The notes beneath the pieces were generated by a model. The model had not been told where the DNA came from. It saw nothing but the letters and a program-made list of their open reading frames with translations, and searched no databases. The position numbers and the translations under genes were made by a program. This document shows, one piece after another, positions 32,553 through 38,216 of a stretch of 38,216 nucleotides of DNA. The DNA is taken from NCBI GenBank assembly GCA_002400405.1, contig DHFM01000052.1:1-38216 (forward strand), in the 5' to 3' direction. Positions within the stretch are counted from its first letter, which is position 1. Every line of letters starts with the position of its first letter. This stretch comes from Candidatus Moranbacteria bacterium UBA4824 (GTDB lineage: Bacteria; Patescibacteriota; Minisyncoccia; Moranbacterales; UBA2206).

Positions 32553-33650
32553 TTATTTTTTCTTATGTCTAATTAAAATCCTTTGATAAATTTTTCTGCT
32601 ATTTGAAATGGGATTATTGTAAACTTTGAAATTCCCAATCTTAAACTTATCAGGCACTTGTCCGTTTGCTGTACCACCAATAATTTCAAATTGCTCAGGA
32701 GAGTATTTATCAAGAAAACTCAATGGCACACCCATTACATCAAAATAATCGCTTGGTATAGAATCGGTAAATGGCACTTCTATCGCATTATAATTATCAT
32801 ATTTTTCATACAATTTTTTACCCTTAATTTCTTTGTGTTTGCTGTATTTTAAATTTTCTTCCATTGTCATAAGTGGTAATGGCTGATGACGACGACCATG
32901 ATCCAAATTAGTAAACCAACAACAATTTCTAAATTTCACTAAACCAGTTTCGGGCATATAGACCCCCTCTCCATATTCTTTAGCAAAAGGCGTTGAAAAA
33001 AAGGCATTACCAGCGTGAAAGCCGTTGCCAAGCCACATTTTATTCTCTTTTATCAATGGAAATGTCTCCTTATAAGTAATTGCGTTCATATTTCCGATAA
33101 TCACAAATTGTTTTCCATAATCAAAAAGTTGCTTCACATATTCGCGAAATAAACTAAACGGCGGATTGGTCACCACAATATCGGATTGTTTAAGTAAATC
33201 TACACATTCATCGCTACGAAAATCGCCATTGCCATTGAGAGGTTTAGCTATATTAGCATCATGTCTTAGCAACCATTCAATATCTGCCAACCCAATTGCG
33301 CCATCTAAGTTAAAATCCTTCACTTCATTAATTTCAATCCTAAATGGCTCCTTGCCTTCCGGTTTTAATCCTTCAATCTCAAATAAGGGTAATTGTCCTC
33401 CAGCAATTGGAGAAGGGATATAGCTGGTGGTGATCAGCTTTTTCAATCCAAGCTTGTTGAAATTGAGCACGAAATAGCGAAAGAAATTGCTCTCAAACGG
33501 ATCGTCGCAATTGCAATACACTACCTTCTTTCGGAACACATTTTTGTCATATTCCAAATACGCCTCAATCTCTTTTTGAATATCACCAAACTGGGTATAG
33601 AATTCATCATTCTTTGCTTTTTTTGCGTTTGTAAGGTTGCTGTTTGCCAT
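32553..33650 (-). CDS. N6-adenine DNA methyltransferase, EcoRI-methylase-like family
   Basis: 365 aa. Has NAKKAKNDEFYTQ..DI.KE, VVYCNCDDP.ESNFF.YF and the catalytic DIVVTNPPFSLFREY (NPPF). Confidence 0.85.
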   Translation of the reverse strand: MANSNLTNAKKAKNDEFYTQFGDIQKEIEAYLEYDKNVFRKKVVYCNCDDPFESNFFRYFVLNFNKLGLKKLITTSYIPSPIAGGQLPLFEIEGLKPEGKEPFRIEINEVKDFNLDGAIGLADIEWLLRHDANIAKPLNGNGDFRSDECVDLLKQSDIVVTNPPFSLFREYVKQLFDYGKQFVIIGNMNAITYKETFPLIKENKMWLGNGFHAGNAFFSTPFAKEYGEGVYMPETGLVKFRNCCWFTNLDHGRRHQPLPLMTMEENLKYSKHKEIKGKKLYEKYDNYNAIEVPFTDSIPSDYFDVMGVPLSFLDKYSPEQFEIIGGTANGQVPDKFKIGNFKVYNNPISNSRKIYQRILIRHKKK

Positions 33651-33785
33651 AAAACTACTTATTTAAATCATAACCTTGCTTGATTAAAAAAACTGATCCA
33701 AAATTTTTTCATATTCCCATACTACCACCATCCCCCCAACAATTCAAGCCACAAAAAAACTAACTTCAACCTATTTTTCACAATT

Positions 33786-34664
33786 TCATTTCAACTTTCT
33801 CGCAGATTTTCTCTTTTCTTTTTTCTTATTATCCACACCCTTAAGCATTTTTTTATTTTCTGATTTTATTCTTCTTTCAACCTTTTTCACATCTTCTTCG
33901 GCTGGCAATATTTCCGGATAAATTTCTTTTTCTGCAAGAAGATTGCGCACACTCCTATTATTTTTTACATGCTCGGAAGTAATGGATTGCTCTCCTTGTA
34001 TATGGGTGTCACGCTTTAGTGTAAAATTTGTAATCTCATTGGCGAAATCCTTGGCTTTGATGGTTATAGCTGGCAGAAAATCCGCCAACACTCGACTATC
34101 TTTGATTCCAAGTTTCTTTTTCATATCTTGCGTCGTATTCCCGCCGAAAAGAGCTTGATCGCCCCTACTTCTAATGCGTGCAAAACCCATACCGTCAACA
34201 CCTCTTTCATAAATAATTCCTGATAATTCTTTTTCTGAATTGGTAAGTTTTTCACGAAAAGTTAGCCTTTCTATTTCAGCTATTCTTTTTTCAATAAGTT
34301 CTTGCTTTCTTGTTTGGACAGCAAAATATGCCATCGCAAAAGCAATCTCTTCCTTCCTTGGATCGCCATTTTGTGCAATCAAATAACATGCGTGCCGAGT
34401 GAGTGCAATATCGTCGATTTCCCGAGATGCACCCTTGCCGGCAGTTATCATCTTTCCGACGTCGGCAAATTGATCATCCACTTTCAAACCACTGTTTTCA
34501 CAAGCTATTTTGGCCTTTTCTATAACTTTTTGAAAATTTTTCCACTGATCATATCCAAGTAAAACTTGCAAATCTCGAGCAAACCAAAACTCCGGACCAT
34601 CATCTGCTTTCTGTGTATAATCATTAAAATTTTTGTGAAGTTTTTGTATGATTTCATGTTTCAT
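33786..34664 (-). CDS. dinD: DNA-damage-inducible protein D (DinD)-like protein
   Basis: 292 aa. Has FWFARDLQ.LLGY..W.NF..VI.KAK.AC..SG, LTR.ACYLIAQNGDPRKEEIAFA..YFA.QTRKQE and a basic C-terminal tail. Confidence 0.75.
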   Translation of the reverse strand: MKHEIIQKLHKNFNDYTQKADDGPEFWFARDLQVLLGYDQWKNFQKVIEKAKIACENSGLKVDDQFADVGKMITAGKGASREIDDIALTRHACYLIAQNGDPRKEEIAFAMAYFAVQTRKQELIEKRIAEIERLTFREKLTNSEKELSGIIYERGVDGMGFARIRSRGDQALFGGNTTQDMKKKLGIKDSRVLADFLPAITIKAKDFANEITNFTLKRDTHIQGEQSITSEHVKNNRSVRNLLAEKEIYPEILPAEEDVKKVERRIKSENKKMLKGVDNKKKEKRKSARKLK

Positions 34665-34697
34665 ATATTTTTATTTTTTAATATTACTTATAATGAT

Positions 34698-34725
34698 ATT
34701 ATAACACTACATATTTTTTCGTCAA
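34698..34725 (-). promoter_or_regulatory. near-consensus promoter with extended -10 (TTGACG-16-TGtTATAAT) for the dinD-like gene
   Basis: On the minus strand, ttgacg (+34720-34725) is followed by a 16-nt spacer and tgt tataat (+34698-34706), about 35 nt upstream of the ATG at 34664. Confidence 0.65.
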
Positions 34726-34738
34726 ACCCTCCGCCCAC

Positions 34739-34766
34739 AAAAAAGACGAGGCAGTGCCTCGTCTCT
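34739..34766 (-). terminator. intrinsic terminator after fusA
   Basis: On the minus strand: agacgagg / loop cactg / cctcgtct, followed by tttttt. Confidence 0.8.
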
Positions 34767-34784
34767 ACGGAATTTAAATTTATT

Positions 34785-34819
34785 GCATGCTACATGCTTT
34801 ATGCTTCATGTTTCATGAT
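34785..34819. repeat. CATGAAAC-family repeat (copy F3) directly after the fusA stop
   Basis: gcatgctacatgctttatgcttcatgtttcatgat. Shares catgtttcatg and atgctacat blocks with 9419-9453 and 13845-13906. Confidence 0.55.
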
Positions 34820-34822
34820 TTA

Positions 34823-36913
34823 CTATTTCTTATCCCCACCAATAATTCCTTCCGCCACATTCTTCGGCACTTCGGCGTAGTGGGAAAATTCCATCACATA
34901 GTTGGCGCGACCTTGAGTCATTGAGCGAAGTTGAGTAGCATAACCAAACATTGACGAAAGTGGAGCCTCGGCGTCGATTTCTTTTACTCGCGCGTTGCCT
35001 TCACCGCGATCATTCATTTCTTTGATGATTCCTCGTTTAGAGTTCAAATCCCCTACCACGTCACCCATAAAATTTTCTGGAGTCGTGACTACTACTTTCA
35101 TAATCGGTTCCATGATAATTGGATTAGCCCGACGAGAAGCTTCCTTGAAAGCCATTGAGCCGGCGATTCTAAAAGCCGCTTCAGAGGAGTCAACATCATG
35201 GAAAGATCCATCATACACAGTCGCCTTGATGTCAACCATTGGATACCCAGCCAAAACTCCGTTATCCATTGCTTCCTTGATTCCCTTGCCAATCGGTGCG
35301 ATATATTCTTGCGGAATAGCCCCACCTTTGATTTCATCCACAAATTCAAATCCTTTGCCAGCTTCTTGTGGTTCCACCTTAATCCAACAATGACCATATT
35401 GTCCACGTCCACCGGATTGTTTGATATATTTTCCTTCAGCTTGGGCATTGGATTTAATTGTTTCGCGATAAGCTACTTGCGGTTGTCCAATATTAGCTTC
35501 CACTTTGAATTCTCTTTTCATTCGATCCACGATAATATCAAGATGCAACTCACCCATGCCGGAAATGATAGTTTGACCAGTTTCTTCATCAGTTCTAATT
35601 TTGAAAGTTGGATCTTCTTCGGCTAATTTTCGCAGAGCCATTCCCATCTTTTCTTGATCGGCTTTGGTTTTTGGTTCTACGGCAATTGAGATAACTGGTT
35701 CTGGAAAAGTTATTTTTTCAAGCAATACTGGTTTTTCCGGATCGCAAAGCGTATCTCCCGTAGTAGTATTTTTCATTCCCACTAAGGCTCCAATCCCGCC
35801 AGTATAAATTTCATCCACTTCTTCTCGATGATTAGCGTGCATACGCAAAATTCTTCCCACTCTTTCTTTTTCTCCTTTGGAAGAATTCAATATATATGAA
35901 CCAGCCTTCAACACTCCGCTATAAACTCGGAAAAAAGTTAGTTGTCCCACAAATGGATCAGTCGCCACCTTGAAAGCCAAAGCAGAAAAAGGAGCATTGT
36001 CGTCATATTTAATGGCGACTTCTTTAGTTTCATCTTCTACTTCAGTAGCTTTAATTGCTGGAACGTCAACCGGTGAAGGTAGATAGTCTACAACTGCATC
36101 CAATACTAATTGCACGCCTTTGTTTCGAAGAGCTGTGCCTGTGAAAACTGGAATAAGAGTCACTTCATTGACACCTTTTCTAAGAGCAGTTTTCAATTCC
36201 ACTTCAGAAATTTCTTCTCCATTTAGAAATTTTTCTGTGAGTATATCATCCGTTTCAGAAATTTTTTCCACCATTTTTTCTCGCCATTCTTTGGATTTAT
36301 CCAACATATCCGCTGGAATTTCTCCTTCATTCACAATCTCTCCCATATCTCCAGAGAAAGTATAGGCTTTCATTTTGATCAAATCTACCACTCCTGAAAA
36401 ATCTCCTCGCTCTCCGATTGGAAGTTGTACTGCGATTGCATTAGGAGTAAGTCGATCCCAAATAGTTTTTAGGGCGTAATAGAAATCTGCGCCTTCTTTG
36501 TCGATCTTATTGATAAAACAAATTCTTGGTACTTTATATTTTTCTGCTTGTCTCCAAACTGTTTCAGATTGTGGTTCCACGCCTTCTTTTCCATCAAAAA
36601 CTACCACACCACCATCAAGAACTCGGAGTGATCGTTCCACTTCCACAGTAAAGTCAACGTGCCCAGGAGTATCGATAATATTAATTTGATGATCTTTCCA
36701 AAAACAAGTCGTCGCGGCGGAAGTAATGGTAATTCCACGTTCTTTTTCTTGTTCCATCCAGTCCATTGTCGCAGCGCCTTCATGCACTTCACCAATTTTG
36801 TGAGTGATGCCGGTATAAAACAAAACACGCTCAGTGGTGGTGGTTTTTCCAGCATCAATATGAGCGATAATTCCGATATTGCGATATTTTTCGATTGGGT
36901 ATTGTCTGGCCAT
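34823..36913 (-). CDS. fusA: elongation factor G
   Basis: 696 aa. Has [26 protein letters not shown] and NKIDK. Confidence 0.98.
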   Translation of the reverse strand: MARQYPIEKYRNIGIIAHIDAGKTTTTERVLFYTGITHKIGEVHEGAATMDWMEQEKERGITITSAATTCFWKDHQINIIDTPGHVDFTVEVERSLRVLDGGVVVFDGKEGVEPQSETVWRQAEKYKVPRICFINKIDKEGADFYYALKTIWDRLTPNAIAVQLPIGERGDFSGVVDLIKMKAYTFSGDMGEIVNEGEIPADMLDKSKEWREKMVEKISETDDILTEKFLNGEEISEVELKTALRKGVNEVTLIPVFTGTALRNKGVQLVLDAVVDYLPSPVDVPAIKATEVEDETKEVAIKYDDNAPFSALAFKVATDPFVGQLTFFRVYSGVLKAGSYILNSSKGEKERVGRILRMHANHREEVDEIYTGGIGALVGMKNTTTGDTLCDPEKPVLLEKITFPEPVISIAVEPKTKADQEKMGMALRKLAEEDPTFKIRTDEETGQTIISGMGELHLDIIVDRMKREFKVEANIGQPQVAYRETIKSNAQAEGKYIKQSGGRGQYGHCWIKVEPQEAGKGFEFVDEIKGGAIPQEYIAPIGKGIKEAMDNGVLAGYPMVDIKATVYDGSFHDVDSSEAAFRIAGSMAFKEASRRANPIIMEPIMKVVVTTPENFMGDVVGDLNSKRGIIKEMNDRGEGNARVKEIDAEAPLSSMFGYATQLRSMTQGRANYVMEFSHYAEVPKNVAEGIIGGDKK

Positions 36914-36948
36914 ATAATTTGATTTTTACTTTCTTAATTTTATTTATA

Positions 36949-37015
36949 ATTTACGAATATACGAATTAAACGAAAATACGAATTCGTACTTTCGCCAGAT
37001 TCGTACTTTCGTAAA
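36949..37015. repeat. TACGAA/TTCGTA hairpin element B2 (rpsG-fusA spacer)
   Basis: Homologous to 19314-19382, sharing cgaaaatacgaattcgta and the terminal attcgtactttcgtaaa. It ends at the rpsG stop codon. Confidence 0.65.
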
Positions 37016-37483
37016 TTAAGCGAAGTGTGCAAAGGCCTTATTAGCATCAGCCATTCGGTGAACATCTTCTCGTTTTTTCATAGCTCCACCAATTTTATTT
37101 GAAGCGTCGATTAGTTCATCGGCTAATTTTTCTGCCATTTTCTTGCCTTTTTTCGCATTAATAGCGGCTTTGAGCCAGCGAATAGCTAGAGTTGTTCTTC
37201 TATCTCCCGCAACTGGCACCGGTACCTGATAGTTAGCGCCTCCTACTCTTCGAGATTTTAGTTCAACTAGAGGAGAAACATTTTTGATAGCTTGTTCAAA
37301 GATATTCAAACCGCCTTTTTTTGTTCTTTCATGAATGATATCAAAAGAATCATACATTATTTTTTCGGCGATAGTTTTTTTGCCACTTTCCATAATACTC
37401 ACCATAAATTTACCCACGAGCATATTATTATACCTTGGGTCTGGTTTAGTATTTTTTTGATAAACTCTTTTTCTTCTTGCCAT
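37016..37483 (-). CDS. rpsG: 30S ribosomal protein S7
   Basis: MARRKRV start at 37483. The 19 upstream codons of the ORF call lie in repeat D2. Confidence 0.95.
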   Translation of the reverse strand: MARRKRVYQKNTKPDPRYNNMLVGKFMVSIMESGKKTIAEKIMYDSFDIIHERTKKGGLNIFEQAIKNVSPLVELKSRRVGGANYQVPVPVAGDRRTTLAIRWLKAAINAKKGKKMAEKLADELIDASNKIGGAMKKREDVHRMADANKAFAHFA

Positions 37484-37645
37484 GCCAATTTTTCCTGCGA
37501 GCGATAGCGAGTAGCTGAAAAATTGAGCACCCCGCACCAATTCGCATATGAAATTAATGTGTATTTATAATTTAAGCCGTTAGGCGAATCCGCGCGTAAT
37601 TCTTTCTGTAATATAAATTTAAGTCGGAATTTGGTGCGGGGTCAC
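37484..37645 (-). repeat. repeated ~160-nt leader element D2 with a GC-rich TIR
   Basis: ccccgcaccaattc (37530-37543) pairs with gaatttggtgcgggg (37627-37641, 1-nt bulge). Homologous to 17777-17938. Confidence 0.7.
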
Positions 37646-37665
37646 TTTTAGAAAATTTCTTTCTA

Positions 37666-38085
37666 CTATTCCTTTGCTTTTTCTCTTTTTGCCCCATATT
37701 TTGATCGGCCTTGTTTTCGATTAGCTGCTCCCGCGGTATCAAGCACGCCTCTTACTATATGATAGCGCACTCCAGGAAGATCCTTAACGCGACCTCCGCG
37801 AATCATCACAATTGAATGTTCTTGCAAATTATGTCCAATTCCTGGAATATAGGCGGTCACTTCCATTCCATTTGTGAGACGCACACGAGCAATTTTTCGT
37901 AAAGCTGAGTTAGGTTTTTTTGGAGTAGTAGTTGAAACCTTAATACAAACTCCTCGTTTAAATGGACCAGCCGTATCCGTTGGTCTGTTTTGAATAGTAT
38001 TGAAAACATATTTAAAAGCCGGAGTTTTGCTTTTGTTATCCGTAGTTTTTCTTGGTTTTCTTTTCAACTGATTGATTGTTGGCAT
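37666..38085 (-). CDS. rpsL: 30S ribosomal protein S12
   Basis: 139 aa. Has [22 protein letters not shown] and [14 protein letters not shown]. It carries about 13 extra aa near the N-terminus relative to E. coli. Confidence 0.96.
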   Translation of the reverse strand: MPTINQLKRKPRKTTDNKSKTPAFKYVFNTIQNRPTDTAGPFKRGVCIKVSTTTPKKPNSALRKIARVRLTNGMEVTAYIPGIGHNLQEHSIVMIRGGRVKDLPGVRYHIVRGVLDTAGAANRKQGRSKYGAKREKAKE

Positions 38086-38149
38086 ATAAAATAAAAAACA
38101 TTAATTAAAAAACGAAACATCTGGGGCTTCGAAATTGCCCAGTGAAATA

Positions 38150-38178
38150 ATCTTAATTGATTGAGTTTATTATGTCAA
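38150..38178 (-). promoter_or_regulatory. candidate str-operon promoter (TTGACA-17-TAAGAT)
   Basis: On the minus strand, ttgaca (+38173-38178) is followed by a 17-nt spacer and taagat (+38150-38155). A second TTGACA lies at +38194-38199. Confidence 0.35.
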
Positions 38179-38216
38179 TAGCTTGTGGATAATTGTCAAC
38201 ATTAAGTAAGAATGTC

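Noticed and set aside
38184-38192. Perfect DnaA boxes (here and at 29325-29333) as a sign of a replication origin
   Set aside because: These are only isolated single boxes about 9 kb apart. There is no box cluster, no AT-rich unwinding repeats adjacent, and no dnaA or dnaN nearby. They are retained only as a low-interest regulatory note.

Overview
AT-rich bacterial window, almost entirely minus-strand. The missing L30 gene, abundant tiny selfish cassettes and a reduced gene set suggest Candidate Phyla Radiation/Patescibacteria (inference). Right to left it holds rpsL-rpsG-fusA, then a ~5.4 kb accessory island, then tuf and a complete S10/spc ribosomal-protein cluster (rpsJ to rplO, secY, adk, map). 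After that come ruvX, a GT2 glycosyltransferase, galT-family, dedA, tpiA and fba. Next is a HydC/HydB/HydA-like (NuoE/NuoF/ferredoxin) trio whose catalytic subunit looks decayed, then hypC-hypD-hypE, an unknown ORF, a divergent truncated hypF, a phosphomannomutase and a four-helix-bundle gene. The main hit is the island splitting fusA from tuf. It has a DinD-like gene with a near-consensus promoter and a tightly coupled four-gene module: EcoRI-like N6-adenine methyltransferase, T5orf172/GIY-YIG-like protein, RhuM-family protein and a DUF262-HNH nuclease. It ends with a Phd/YefM-like small gene. The second theme is many families of small inverted-repeat elements. Some fill whole intercistronic spacers of essential operons and abut stop codons. 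Some sit in-frame inside hypF-like and nuoF-like genes. Others form TIR-bounded mini-cassettes around a GIY-YIG gene (plus a degraded copy) and a four-helix-bundle gene. All calls come from reading the sequence and recalling family motifs; no database search was run.
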